Notes: a model not told the origin generated them from the letters alone. A stretch of DNA of 64,000 nucleotides from Desulfobacterales bacterium (GCA_963674755.2 CAXXVS010000003.1:992001-1056000); one strand, 5' to 3'. Shown: positions 49,335-59,600, counted from the stretch's first letter. Translations and numbers: made by a program.

Positions 49335-49913
49335 TTAAGAATGGTCCTTTGTCCCAACCACCAGGAAATGTTTTACCATGTCAGTGTAAACAGCAATGTC
49401 TTTAAAACCTACCCCCATCAATTGCTGCTTAACCGTTACGGGTGAATACCTTATGTCCGTGGGCGGCCCCTCGGACATCGATTCTTTTTTCCAGTCGACG
49501 ATAAAGATCTTGCCGCCGGGTTCCGCGATACGATTGGCTTCTTCAAGGGTCCGCGTCGGGTTTTCCAGCTCATGGTGCACATTGATCATAAACACCAGGT
49601 CCACACTACCGTCGTCGAGCGGCACGGAATGCTCTTCTGTTTTTAATGGGATGATACGGGGATATTGCGGAGAGACGTTTTCCTTTATCCATTCGATCAT
49701 GATGTCGGACAGGTCGCAGGCATAGATGGTCGAAGATGTGGATTTTTGGAGAAAAGCAATACTGAAAAAGCCTGTACCGGCACCAATTTCGACAATGGTT
49801 TGCGGGTGTTGGATGTTTAATTTCTCCCAGACATAGTCGGGCGGGATATCCGTCAGGCGTTGGGGATCATTCAACTTCTGCAATTTCTTGGGGTTGAATT
49901 TCTTTTCGGGCAT
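49335..49913 (-). CDS. Class I SAM-dependent [17 protein letters not shown]
   Basis: VEIGAGTGFF motif I, PGGKIFIVDW, GPP. Confidence 0.9.
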   Translation of the reverse strand: MPEKKFNPKKLQKLNDPQRLTDIPPDYVWEKLNIQHPQTIVEIGAGTGFFSIAFLQKSTSSTIYACDLSDIMIEWIKENVSPQYPRIIPLKTEEHSVPLDDGSVDLVFMINVHHELENPTRTLEEANRIAEPGGKIFIVDWKKESMSEGPPTDIRYSPVTVKQQLMGVGFKDIAVYTDMVKHFLVVGTKDHS

Positions 49914-49979
49914 AATAAGGAATACCTGTGGCTCTGATAATAGATTTTTTTTGTTAAGAATGGTTGTCGTTGATCCCCC

Positions 49980-50058
49980 TACCAAAGCGGTTAAAAGACA
50001 CCCGACATGAAGCGTTTTCGAATCCACCCGTGACGGGTGTCTTTTCACCGCTTTGGTA
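49980..50058. repeat. 79-bp MITE-like inverted repeat
   Basis: 25-bp arms (one mismatch) TACCAAAGCGGTTAAAAGACACCCG / CGGGTGTCTTTTCACCGCTTTGGTA. Confidence 0.7.
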
Positions 50059-50070
50059 AGTCCCACAAGA

Positions 50071-50385
50071 TCAATGACACTCCCCCTTTGCCAAGCCCTC
50101 AACCACCTCTTCCAGCATCTCACCAACATAGTCGATATTATCGAGCACATCCTTGGGCGCCTCACCCGATAAGCAGAGGTTTCGAATAACGAGGATTATT
50201 GGCGGCATCCTGTTAAGATCTCTTACGACCTCCCAACTCATTCCTTCATCGATTTGAACAAGGACGCGATTCCCGTTACGGAATCCGGCCGCTTCTACAA
50301 CGGATTCACGCAAAACGGCCCAGGCGCCCTGGAGGTCACTTAGCGCCGTCTTAATAAAGGCGGTTTGTTCCCCATGGAAACCCAT
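50071..50385 (-). CDS. Hypothetical protein (104 aa)
   Basis: GGGAG RBS; amphipathic helical-looking sequence. Confidence 0.6.
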   Translation of the reverse strand: MGFHGEQTAFIKTALSDLQGAWAVLRESVVEAAGFRNGNRVLVQIDEGMSWEVVRDLNRMPPIILVIRNLCLSGEAPKDVLDNIDYVGEMLEEVVEGLAKGECH

Positions 50386-50670
50386 TGCGCATGCTCCCTG
50401 GTCTATCGCGGCCAGCTGTTTTAGCGATCGCCTAAGGAAATAATTTTAGACCCGGCTTCTTCAAGAAACATACCATCCAGAAACCGGCTTTTCAACGGCC
50501 GTCCAAAATGTCGCGCAGGACTGGCGGATTTCCCGGATACCATCATTCTTGGGGAAACACCTTGCGCGCTATGCACGGATGGCGGTTCTGATCAAATGTT
50601 CTCCGGCCGACAGGCTGGCGATAGATTTGACATCTACCGGCGGTAATGCTATTGGAATTGCCTCTCTAAA

Positions 50671-50760
50671 TGCTGGGGGAGTCGATGGGGATCGACTGAG
50701 AGGAGACTGGCAGTCTCGACCCTTATGACCTGATCCGGATCATACCGGCGTAGGGAAGTC
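50671..50760 (+). ncRNA. TPP riboswitch upstream of the ABC transporter
   Basis: GGGGAGTC...GACTGAGAG...GACCCTT..ACCTGATCCGGATCATACCGGCGTAGGGAAG. Confidence 0.95.
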
Positions 50761-50828
50761 CTTCATGCCACCGCCTCCCGTCCACCTTGTTTCCCCCTCA
50801 AATACGTCATGCGGCGCGAGGCACCCGC

Positions 50829-51566
50829 TTGCTTCTTATACAGGACCTTACCAAACGCTTCAACGGACAGCCGGTGATGGACGGCTTCGAGCTCACCGTG
50901 CCCACGAATGGATTCACGGTGCTGATAGGACCGTCGGGATGTGGCAAGAGCACCCTTTTCGATCTGCTCATGGGCATTGTCCCCATGGATCGGGGGCGTC
51001 TTGCCTGGCAGGGAGAGGACATCCCCGACCTCCGGGCCCTGGCGGCCTACATGCAGCAGCGCGATCTCCTGCTGCCCTGGCTCAGCCTGCAGAAAAACGC
51101 GGCCTTGCCGGCCGAGCTGGCTGGAACATCCTCGGCCCTGATTGCCGCCTCCGTGCAAGACCTTTTCCGCATTCTTAAGCTGGAAGGCTTTGAGGCCTAT
51201 CTGCCGGCCAAGGTGTCGGGCGGCATGCGCCAGCGCTGCGCCCTGGCCCGCACCCTTATGTTCGCCCGCGACCTGGTCCTGCTGGACGAACCCCTATCGG
51301 CCCTGGATGCCATCACCCGCCGGCAGCTGCAGGCCTATCTGCTTTTGTTGCAGACGGAATTCAACAAGAGCATTCTCATGGTGACCCATGATGTGGAGGA
51401 GGCCCTGCTGCTGGCCGACGACCTGCTGGTTCTGACCGCTCCTCCCATGCGGATCTGTGAGCGCTTTCGGCTGAAGGCGCCCAAACCACGGAATATGGCA
51501 CACCCCTCCTTTTTGGAGATGAAGGCCCGGGTGCTGGCGCGGCTGGAAGAGGAGGCCGGCTTGTGA
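50829..51566 (+). CDS. ABC ATPase of a ThiXYZ-type (HMP-precursor) transporter
   Basis: GPSGCGKS, VSGGMRQR, LLDEPLSALD; start approximate. Confidence 0.9.
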   Translation: MLLIQDLTKRFNGQPVMDGFELTVPTNGFTVLIGPSGCGKSTLFDLLMGIVPMDRGRLAWQGEDIPDLRALAAYMQQRDLLLPWLSLQKNAALPAELAGTSSALIAASVQDLFRILKLEGFEAYLPAKVSGGMRQRCALARTLMFARDLVLLDEPLSALDAITRRQLQAYLLLLQTEFNKSILMVTHDVEEALLLADDLLVLTAPPMRICERFRLKAPKPRNMAHPSFLEMKARVLARLEEEAGL

Positions 51567-52318
51567 CGAAGACTTATCTCATCGCGCCGGCCCTGCTGAT
51601 GACGGTGCTTGGCATATGGGAAGCCGCCTGCCGCATGGGCGGCATCCCGGCGTTCATTCTGCCGCCCCCCACCCGTATCCTGATGGCCGCGGTAAGCCAA
51701 GCGCCCCTGTTGCTGCCGCATGCGGCCACGACCCTGGTGGAGATTGTGGCCGGTATCGGGTTGGCCCTGGTCGTGGCCATTCCGCTGGCGGTGGTCATGC
51801 ACATCCGGCCAGCGGTGGAACGGGCCCTGGCGCCCTTTCTGATCGCTTCCCAGGCCATCCCCGTCTTCGCCCTGGCCCCGCTGCTGGTGGTCTGGCTGGG
51901 TTACGGCCTGGCCAGCAAGGTCCTCATGGCGGCGGTGATCATTTTTTTTCCCATTACCATCAGCCTGCTGGAAGGCTTCAAGAGCTGCGACCGCGACTAC
52001 CGTATCCTATTCGACCTCATGGGGGCCGGTTCCTTGCAGGCCCTGCGCCGGCTCTATTGGCCCTGGGCCCTGCCCTATTTTTTCGCCGGGCTCAAGGTGG
52101 GGGTCTCGGTGGCCACCATCGGGGCCGTGATTGGGGAATGGGTGGGAGCCCAGCAGGGGTTGGGCTATGTGATGATCCAGGCCAACGCCCGGCTCAAGGT
52201 GGATTTGGTCTTTGCGGCCATCTTGTGGCTGTCCCTGATGGGGGTAGGACTGTGGGCGCTGGTGGGGATTGTCGCAAAGCGCTGCCTGTGGTGGCAGAAT
52301 ATTCAAAATGGATCGTGA
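51563..52318 (+). CDS. ABC permease (ThiX/SsuC-like)
   Basis: FILPPP, QAIPVFALAPL, GAVIGEW. Confidence 0.9.
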   Translation: MTKTYLIAPALLMTVLGIWEAACRMGGIPAFILPPPTRILMAAVSQAPLLLPHAATTLVEIVAGIGLALVVAIPLAVVMHIRPAVERALAPFLIASQAIPVFALAPLLVVWLGYGLASKVLMAAVIIFFPITISLLEGFKSCDRDYRILFDLMGAGSLQALRRLYWPWALPYFFAGLKVGVSVATIGAVIGEWVGAQQGLGYVMIQANARLKVDLVFAAILWLSLMGVGLWALVGIVAKRCLWWQNIQNGS

Positions 52319-52506
52319 GGGCCCAAGGGCCAAGGATTCGAGGGCCCCGGGGGTAAAGCAAAATCTGAAAAGCAAACCGTGGCGCCGATCAGTGTACTTC
52401 CGGTTTCTCATCCCATCGTCTGCTTCCCTTGGCCCCGGGACTCCTTGGCTCCTCGAACCCTATTCACCGATTGGCCAACTTATAACCACAAGGAGAAGAT
52501 ATTGAC

Positions 52507-53439
52507 ATGAAGCTCTACACGCGCATCCTTCTCGTCGCATGTTTCTTTCTGGCGGCTATCCCCTGCGCCCTGGCCCAAAACCTGACCCTGATGCTGGACT
52601 GGTTCCCCAATGTGGACCACCTGCCCATTTACGTGGCCCAGGAGGAGGGCTATTTCGCGGCGGAAGACTTGCAGGTGAAGATCATAAGTCCTTCGGATAC
52701 CGCCGATGCCTTGAAGCTGGCGGTGGCCGGCCAAGTGGACCTGGCGGTGTCCTACGAGCCCCAGACCATCATCGCGGCCGCGGAGGGGCTTCCGGTGCGC
52801 GTGGCCGGACGACTGGTGGCCCATCCCCTGACGACCCTCCTGTTCTTGAAGAAGAAGGGTTACACTTCGCCTGCCGAGCTTAGCGGGCAGACCATCGGGT
52901 ACACGGTGCCGGGGCTGATGGACATCCTCCTGGAAGCATTCGCCCAAAAGAACGGCATCACCGGTTACAAGGCGGTCAACGTGGGTTTCAACATCGTGCC
53001 GGCCCTGACGTCCGGTCAGGTGGCGGCCGTCATGGGGCCCTTCAAGACCTATGAGACCGTCACCATGGCGGCCGAAGGCATCGAGGCCGCCTATTTCGAA
53101 CTCGAAAAGTGGGGTATCCCGGACTATGACGAGCTGATTTTCATTTGCGGTGCCAAGACCCTCGAGACCAAACCGGAGATGGTGGCCGGTTTCCGGCGGG
53201 CCGTGGCCCGCGGGTTGGAAGAGACCCGTCTCCATCCTGCAGAAGCTCTGCAGGCCTATTTCAAAGCCGTACCGGACGTGGATCGAAAAATAGAGACGGC
53301 GGCTTTCGAGAAGACCCGACCCTTCTTTGCCGCAACCCAGGAGATCGATCCCGAGCGCTGGCAGGCTTTTGCCGACTTTGCCCTGGCCAACGGCCTGATT
53401 GCCCGCCCGGTGGCGGTGGCGCCGCTGCTGGCGCCTTGA
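52507..53439 (+). CDS. ABC substrate-binding protein, NMT1/THI5 (ThiY-like)
   Basis: Signal peptide, LDWFPNVDH, GIPDYDEL. Confidence 0.9.
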   Translation: MKLYTRILLVACFFLAAIPCALAQNLTLMLDWFPNVDHLPIYVAQEEGYFAAEDLQVKIISPSDTADALKLAVAGQVDLAVSYEPQTIIAAAEGLPVRVAGRLVAHPLTTLLFLKKKGYTSPAELSGQTIGYTVPGLMDILLEAFAQKNGITGYKAVNVGFNIVPALTSGQVAAVMGPFKTYETVTMAAEGIEAAYFELEKWGIPDYDELIFICGAKTLETKPEMVAGFRRAVARGLEETRLHPAEALQAYFKAVPDVDRKIETAAFEKTRPFFAATQEIDPERWQAFADFALANGLIARPVAVAPLLAP

Positions 53440-53617
53440 AGGGACGGACATCGAGGATTGGGAAAAGACCTTGGGGTCGTATCAGACCAACGGATGGCGG
53501 TGTTGAGCACCGCGCGTAAGCCGCGGCGGGCTGGCGATCGGAATCGTTACCGCGTGATGGCGAAGCTTATTCGAAGGTCTCGCGATGGGGATAGCGATTT
53601 CGATTTTGGAAGGTGCG

Positions 53618-55219
53618 TCACACCCCGCCGTGCTGGAAAGAGGTCAGGTGAGGGGGGACGTTGCGCAGAAGGGTGCCGTCAAAAGCCCTGCAGATGCCCA
53701 CCCTGAGAGCCTGGGGCAGTAGTGGCTTTAGCGCCGTGAATTGCTCTTCCGGGCAGGCGAAAAGGAGTTCGTAGTCTTCGCCACCGGTCAGGACGGTTTC
53801 CTCGGGGGAGAGACCGCAGACTTCGCAGAAGGCGCGCAACCCCTCGTGGCGCGCGGCGGCCGACGGGTCCAGGTCGATGGTCAAGGACGACGCCGCAGCG
53901 ATGTGGGCCGCATCGCCGGCCAGGCCGTCGCTGATGTCCATGACGCAGCGGACGCCGTGGGCGGCCAGGACCTCCGAGGCGTCGAAGCGTGCCCGGGGCC
54001 ACCGGAAGCGTTGCACCAGTTCAGGGAAGCGCTCATCGTTCCTTTGCAGGGCCAGCAATCCGCAGCGGGCCAGCCCCAGCGGGCCGGTGGCATAGAGGCC
54101 ATCCCCGGCCCGGGCGGCGCTACGGCGCGGGAAAATGTCTTGCCGGCCTTCACCCACCGCGAAAAGATCCAGCGCCAGGCGCCCGGCGCGGGAGATGTTC
54201 CCGCCGCCCAGGCGGCAGGCGTTGCGTTCCAGGGCCGTATAGATCCCTTGGTAGATGTCACGAACCGCCGTTTCCGACAGGGCCGGTGGCAGCCCCAGGT
54301 TGACGAACAGGCTGACCGGCCGGGCATAGCAGGCGGCCAAATCGCTCAAGGTGACCTCCACGGCCCGTTCACCCAGGGTTGCGGGGTCGAGCCAGGCGGA
54401 TCGGAAGTGGATGCCTTCCCGCTGAGTATCGGTAGTGATGACCGGGCAGGTCAGGGAGGCCAGCAGGGCCGCATCGTCGCCCGGCGGAACGGTGGCCTCG
54501 TCTGACGGCATTTGTTCCAGGCTGGGGGCCACCAGCGCGCGGATGAGCCCGAATTCGTCCTGCCAGCCTTCCTCCAGGCGGCGGGGACGGCAGCCGCAGG
54601 CCTCGCCCAGCCGCGTCGCCGCTTCCAGAGGATCCGCCGCTCGGGAAACCGCGCTGATGACGGCCACACCGGCGGCGCCGGTGTGCAGGCAGTCTGCGGC
54701 GCGGCGGGCCGTGATGCCGCCGATCGCTACCACCGGCAGGGGGGCCTGCCGCACGATCTCCGCCAGGCCGTCAAGGCCCCGCACCGGTTTGGCATCGGCT
54801 TTGGTTCCGGTGGCGAACACCGGTCCACTGCCCACGTAGTCGCAGGGGGCCAGATCGGTTTGCTGCAGTTCGGCCGGCGTCGAGACGGAGACCCCGATGA
54901 GCGCCGCGGGTCCCAATATGGCCCGTGCCTCCCGGGGATCGGCGTCCGTCTGGCCGAGGTGCACCCCGTCGGCGCCCACGGCCCTGGCCAGCAGCACGTT
55001 GTCGTTGATAAGCAGCGGGACCCCGTTGGTGCGGCAGACATTGCGGATGCGACGCACTTCTTCGTAGTCCGGCAGTGTAAAATGTTTGTTGCGGTACTGC
55101 ACGCAGCCGGCGCCCCCCTGGAGCGCGGCACGCACCTGATCGAGGGCGGAAAGGGCGGGGGCCTGGTCGTCGGTGATGAAATAAAAGCGCAAAATTTGGG
55201 ACAAACGCGAGGGATGCAT
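53618..55219 (-). CDS. thiE-thiL: Fused thiamine-phosphate synthase (ThiE) and thiamine-monophosphate kinase (ThiL)
   Basis: QYRNK, IND, GVHLGQTD, TGTK, AIGGI (ThiE); EFGLI, GDDAA, EGIHF, DISDGL, GGEDYEL (ThiL). Confidence 0.92.
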   Translation of the reverse strand: MHPSRLSQILRFYFITDDQAPALSALDQVRAALQGGAGCVQYRNKHFTLPDYEEVRRIRNVCRTNGVPLLINDNVLLARAVGADGVHLGQTDADPREARAILGPAALIGVSVSTPAELQQTDLAPCDYVGSGPVFATGTKADAKPVRGLDGLAEIVRQAPLPVVAIGGITARRAADCLHTGAAGVAVISAVSRAADPLEAATRLGEACGCRPRRLEEGWQDEFGLIRALVAPSLEQMPSDEATVPPGDDAALLASLTCPVITTDTQREGIHFRSAWLDPATLGERAVEVTLSDLAACYARPVSLFVNLGLPPALSETAVRDIYQGIYTALERNACRLGGGNISRAGRLALDLFAVGEGRQDIFPRRSAARAGDGLYATGPLGLARCGLLALQRNDERFPELVQRFRWPRARFDASEVLAAHGVRCVMDISDGLAGDAAHIAAASSLTIDLDPSAAARHEGLRAFCEVCGLSPEETVLTGGEDYELLFACPEEQFTALKPLLPQALRVGICRAFDGTLLRNVPPHLTSFQHGGV

Positions 55220-55224
55220 GGCCG

Positions 55225-55815
55225 CTATCCCCTTTGGCCCGAATACCCGGGGGTGCCGTTGCCGTTTTCGAACCGGCGGGCCCAGGCCTTGAAGCGGCGG
55301 ATCGGTTCCGGACCGTAGCGCTCAAGGAGCGCGGCCACTTCTTCGACCGTACGCGGTTTCTCTCCCTGGGCCCTGTTTTTGGAGAAGAATTTGTCGGCGT
55401 AGCAGATGATCTCTTCCTCGATGGTTTGGGGCTGCATGTCGCGAATCGGCAGGGGCAGCTGCTGTTCTTCGATATCCCGGGCGCTCAACCCAAGGCCCAC
55501 ATGCCGTTCACAGACCAGAGCATGCCGGGGAAGGCCGTGCTTTTCCAATAGCTCCCGCCCCAGGACGCCGTGGCAGATATAGGGCTGGCTGCCGCGGCAG
55601 TCCAGGACCGGCGTGTCCGTCATGAAGATGCCGATATCATGCAGCAGGGCGGCCTCGAACAGGAAGGGTTTGTCCACGGGACCCGAATCCGGACGGTCCG
55701 CGATGGCCAGGGCTTTGGCGGCCACCTGCTCGCCGTGCCGTTTCAGGATATCATAGGTGGCCGAGCCCCGCGGGTAGTATTCCCGCATGACGGCATCAGC
55801 GTCGATGGTGCTCAC
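55225..55815 (-). CDS. HD-domain (HDIG) phosphohydrolase
   Basis: H...LLHDIG...HG...HVG...YADKF. Confidence 0.9.
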   Translation of the reverse strand: MSTIDADAVMREYYPRGSATYDILKRHGEQVAAKALAIADRPDSGPVDKPFLFEAALLHDIGIFMTDTPVLDCRGSQPYICHGVLGRELLEKHGLPRHALVCERHVGLGLSARDIEEQQLPLPIRDMQPQTIEEEIICYADKFFSKNRAQGEKPRTVEEVAALLERYGPEPIRRFKAWARRFENGNGTPGYSGQRG

Positions 55816-55859
55816 GTGTTTGATTCCTCAAAGCTTCCGGAAGGCGCATTTGCCCCACG

Positions 55860-56967
55860 CTATGCATGGGCCTGCTGTTGCGACAGCAGCCAGGCTTCGA
55901 TGAAGGGGTCCAGCCCGCCGTCCAGGACTTCGTTGACATTGCCCACATCCATGCCGAGGCGATGATCCTTGACCATCTGGTAGGGATGCAGCACATAGGA
56001 GCGGATCTGGTTGCCCCAGGCGATGTCCGACTTGCTGTCGTGAATTTTTTGCATCGCTTCGTCCTGCTTCTGCTTTTCATAGTCATAGAGCCGGGCCCGC
56101 AAAACCTTCATGGCCAGGTCGCGGTTGCGGTGCTGGGATTTCTCCTGCTGGCACTGGACCACGATGCCCGTGGGATGATGGGTGATGCGCACCGCGCTGC
56201 TGGTCTTGTTGACATGCTGACCGCCGGCGCCGCTGGCCCGGAACACGTCGATACGCAGATCCTTCTCCTCGATGTCGATGTCGATCTCCTGGTCCAGCTC
56301 GGGATAGACAAAGACCGATGCAAAAGAGGTGTGACGCTTGCCGCTGGCATTGAAGGGCGAAATCCGCACCAGCCGATGGACGCCCTGCTCCGCCTTGAGG
56401 TAGCCATAGGCATTTTCGCCCACGGCCGTGAAGGTCACGCTCTTGATGCCGGCCTCGTCGCCGGGCTGCAGATCGATGATCTCGGACGTATAGCCCTTGC
56501 GCTCCACCCAGCGCGCGTACATGCGAAAGAGCATTTCGGCCCAGTCCTGGGCCTCGGTGCCCCCGGCCCCGGCATTGATGGAGACGATGGCATTGTTGGC
56601 ATCGTTTTCACCGTCCAGCATCAGAGACAGGGAGAAACGTTCGATGGCCTCGCTCAGGGTGTGCAGATTGCGGCCGATCTCGGCCAGCGTGGCCTCGTCG
56701 CTTTCTTCGAGGGCCATCTCCAGCAGCATCGCGTTGTCTTCGGCATCCTGGGAGAGGCTGTGAAAGTGGTCGATCTTGTTGGCCAGTACGGTGCGCTCCT
56801 TCAGGAGCGGTTTGGTTTCTTCGGGTTTGTCCCAGAAGCCGTCCTTGGCGATGATGGATTCGATTTCCTTGAGGCGGTTTTCTTTGTTGGCGAGGTCAAA
56901 GATAGTCCCGGATCTGATGGAGGCGGTCGCGGATTTCGTGCAGGGTTTGTTTCATTTCGGCAGACAT
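55860..56967 (-). CDS. prfB: Peptide chain release factor 2 (programmed +1 frameshift)
   Basis: MSAEMKQ...RDYL CTT-TGA-C at 56895-56901; SPF and GGQ motifs in the downstream frame. Confidence 0.97.
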
Positions 56968-57115
56968 GGTGGCAAGCTCCTTTTTAAGCGCAGGCGGCCC
57001 GGCGCCTGGATTTTAATGTTATTGGCGACTCCATAATAGTGCAAGGCTGCTAATTCTTCAAGCTGTTCTCCTGATGGCAAGAGCAGGCTGGGGCAAGTCT
57101 TAAGCGGTGCGGGGA

Positions 57116-58687
57116 TCAGCGGGTTGAGCGGCGCCGCCGCAGCCAGGGAACCAGCATCAGGACGCCTGTGACGGTCAGGCAGACGATGGCAAAGGCATCG
57201 CCCAGGCGGGCATAGAGAGTGCGGTTCGTGAGGCAGGGCACGCTCCGGATGCGGACGGCCGTCTCGAACAGGCCGGTGGGGTCGAGGATGCGGCCGCTGG
57301 GTGCGATATAACCGCTGATGCCGGTGTTGGTGGCGCGCACCAGGCTGCGCCGGGTTTCCACGGCCCGGAAAACGTATTGGATCAGGTGCTGATAGGGGGC
57401 GCTGGTGACGCCGTACCAGGCATCGTTGGTGAGGTTGATCAGCAGATCGGCGCCATTGTTCACGGCGGCCCGGGCCAGATTGGGGAAGATGCCGTCGTAG
57501 CAGATGAGGGGCCCGATGCGGTGGTTTTCGTACGCGAGAATGCCGCCCGGCTGGCCGGCTTTGAAATCCCCCACCTGGGCCACGATCTTGCCGATGAACG
57601 GCAGCCACTTCCGGAGGGGTACATACTCTCCGAAAGGCACCAGGTGGGCCTTGTCGTAGCGGGCCACCGCCTCGCCGTCAGGCTTCAGCAGGTAGGCGCT
57701 GTTGAAATAGGCCAACTGGTCGCCGTCCTTTTGCACGGTCGGGCTGCCGATCACAAAAGCGCAGTCTGTGCTGCGAACACCCCGCTGTACCATGCGGGTC
57801 AGGGCGCCGTTATGGAAAAGGTAAAAGGGCGTGGCGGTTTCCGGCCAGACGATGAGGTCCGGCTTTTGAGCCGCCAACTGACGGGAAAGCTGCACATAAG
57901 TTTTGGTGGAACTGATCTGGAAAGCCGGATCCCACTTCTCGGCTTGGGGAATGTTGCCTTGGACCAGGCCGACTTTGAGTTCGGGCGCCGCGGCGGCCAG
58001 CCGTTCGATCTGTCCCAGCCGGAGATGGCCGTAACCCAGGGTCGCCGTCAGGCAGAGGACAGGCACGATCAGGCCGCGCCCGGCCAAAGCCTTGGAAACC
58101 GGCATGCCCTGCCAGGATTTGCCGGAGCGGGACAGAATCAGGAGGAACAGCGCCATATTGACAAGGACAATGAGCGCCGAGAGGCCGTAGACGCCCCACA
58201 GATCGACGCTTTGTATCAGGGTCAGCCAGCGGTACTGGGAGTGGCCCAGGTAGCCCCAGGTAAATCCCGTCAGGACAAAGCTGCGCAGATACTCCAAGGC
58301 GGCCCAGAGCAGGGGGGCGGTTGCCAGGGCGCGTACGGGCGTGCGCCCGATGTGAACAGCCAAGGCGCAGAAGAGTGCCGTGTAAAGCGCGAGATAGGCG
58401 CAGAAAAGAAGCAGGACCCCCACCGAAACATAGAGCGGCAGATGGCCGTAAGCGCTCATGGTATGCACCAGCCAATAGATCAGGCCGATGGCGTGCGCCA
58501 TGCCGGCGATCCATCCCAGACGAAAGGCGGTCCCGATCGTGACGTCCCGCAGGGCCAGCAGAAGGGGAATCAGGGCCGCCCAGGCGACCCAAAACCAGCC
58601 CGTGCGGGGAAACGCGGCCGTCATCAAGGCACCGGAGAGCAGTGCAAGAAAAAGTTTGGAGCGGTCGATGGGTCGCGTATCGGTCAT
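57116..58687 (-). CDS. lnt: Apolipoprotein [16 protein letters not shown]
   Basis: VQGNI, WPET, KAHLVPFGEY, ICYD, TNDAW. Confidence 0.97.
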   Translation of the reverse strand: MTDTRPIDRSKLFLALLSGALMTAAFPRTGWFWVAWAALIPLLLALRDVTIGTAFRLGWIAGMAHAIGLIYWLVHTMSAYGHLPLYVSVGVLLLFCAYLALYTALFCALAVHIGRTPVRALATAPLLWAALEYLRSFVLTGFTWGYLGHSQYRWLTLIQSVDLWGVYGLSALIVLVNMALFLLILSRSGKSWQGMPVSKALAGRGLIVPVLCLTATLGYGHLRLGQIERLAAAAPELKVGLVQGNIPQAEKWDPAFQISSTKTYVQLSRQLAAQKPDLIVWPETATPFYLFHNGALTRMVQRGVRSTDCAFVIGSPTVQKDGDQLAYFNSAYLLKPDGEAVARYDKAHLVPFGEYVPLRKWLPFIGKIVAQVGDFKAGQPGGILAYENHRIGPLICYDGIFPNLARAAVNNGADLLINLTNDAWYGVTSAPYQHLIQYVFRAVETRRSLVRATNTGISGYIAPSGRILDPTGLFETAVRIRSVPCLTNRTLYARLGDAFAIVCLTVTGVLMLVPWLRRRRSTR

Positions 58688-58788
58688 ATCGGCATCGTTC
58701 GTGTTCTTTGGGGACCGGTTGCCCGGCCATAAAAAAACCTCGCCCTGCGGGGAAGGTGATGGGGTGCGGTCGCCTGATTCGGGTGGGG

Positions 58789-58818
58789 ATTATCCGGCAG
58801 GCATTCGCCGGCTGTCAA
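58789..58818 (-). promoter_or_regulatory. Candidate sigma70 promoter for the lnt-prfB operon
   Basis: TTGACA-18 nt-GATAAT. Confidence 0.55.
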
Positions 58819-59038
58819 TTCTTTTTTGACGGTTTCGTGGAACGGCCAAGCGCTGCGTTGCGCGACCACGGCTTATAGAAAGAGGGCGTCTTGCCACTTG
58901 GAGGGGGTGCGCCGGGGCCATCGCTGGGGGGGGGCACGAGGATGATATCCATCCAGGGCGACGGGGCCGGGGCGGCCGCACGGTAAAGGCTCGCCCGGCT
59001 CTGACGAGGAAGTTTAAGAGGGGGGTGCCTGGTTGCGG

Positions 59039-59248
59039 TCAGGCATCGCAAGGGTCCGGCACCTGGCGACGGGGGGATTGCATGCCGTCGAAGAAGTTGT
59101 CGCGATAGCAGGCGTCACAAAAGTCGGTTCCATCCATGCTCAGGATGCTCTGGGGGGCGGTCATCTCTGTTCCGCAGACAGAACAGCGGTGGGCCCGTTT
59201 CAAGTGCGCGGCAAGTGATCGGTCGGTTTTCCTCTCATTGGTTTGCAT
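59039..59248 (-). CDS. Small zinc-finger-like hypothetical protein
   Basis: CSVC...CDAC; GGAGG RBS. Confidence 0.65.
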   Translation of the reverse strand: MQTNERKTDRSLAAHLKRAHRCSVCGTEMTAPQSILSMDGTDFCDACYRDNFFDGMQSPRRQVPDPCDA

Positions 59249-59600
59249 CTTTCTGCCTCCCTTGGTCTAATGACCAATATAGATTAATCGATATGTGCGC
59301 CAGACGTCAGCGCACCGCGGAATTTAATGTTTCGCTTTATATTTTGAAGCGTTACGAAACAACCGGAAGCATGGAAGGGTGGCCGCGGAAATTCAATAAT
59401 GTCATATTTATACCCGCCACAAAACAAAACTATAATCATTAACGGCGTGTTTGTCATCCCCTGGAAAGAAAGGGTTGCAGCCCGGCGCGGATTGAGGCAA
59501 AGATTCAGAGCCGATTGGGCGCTCGTAACGCTGTGCCGATGGTGCTTCCCGCTGATCGAGGCATCGCCGCTTAACCTACACGAGGCCGAGGAGGGCTGCC

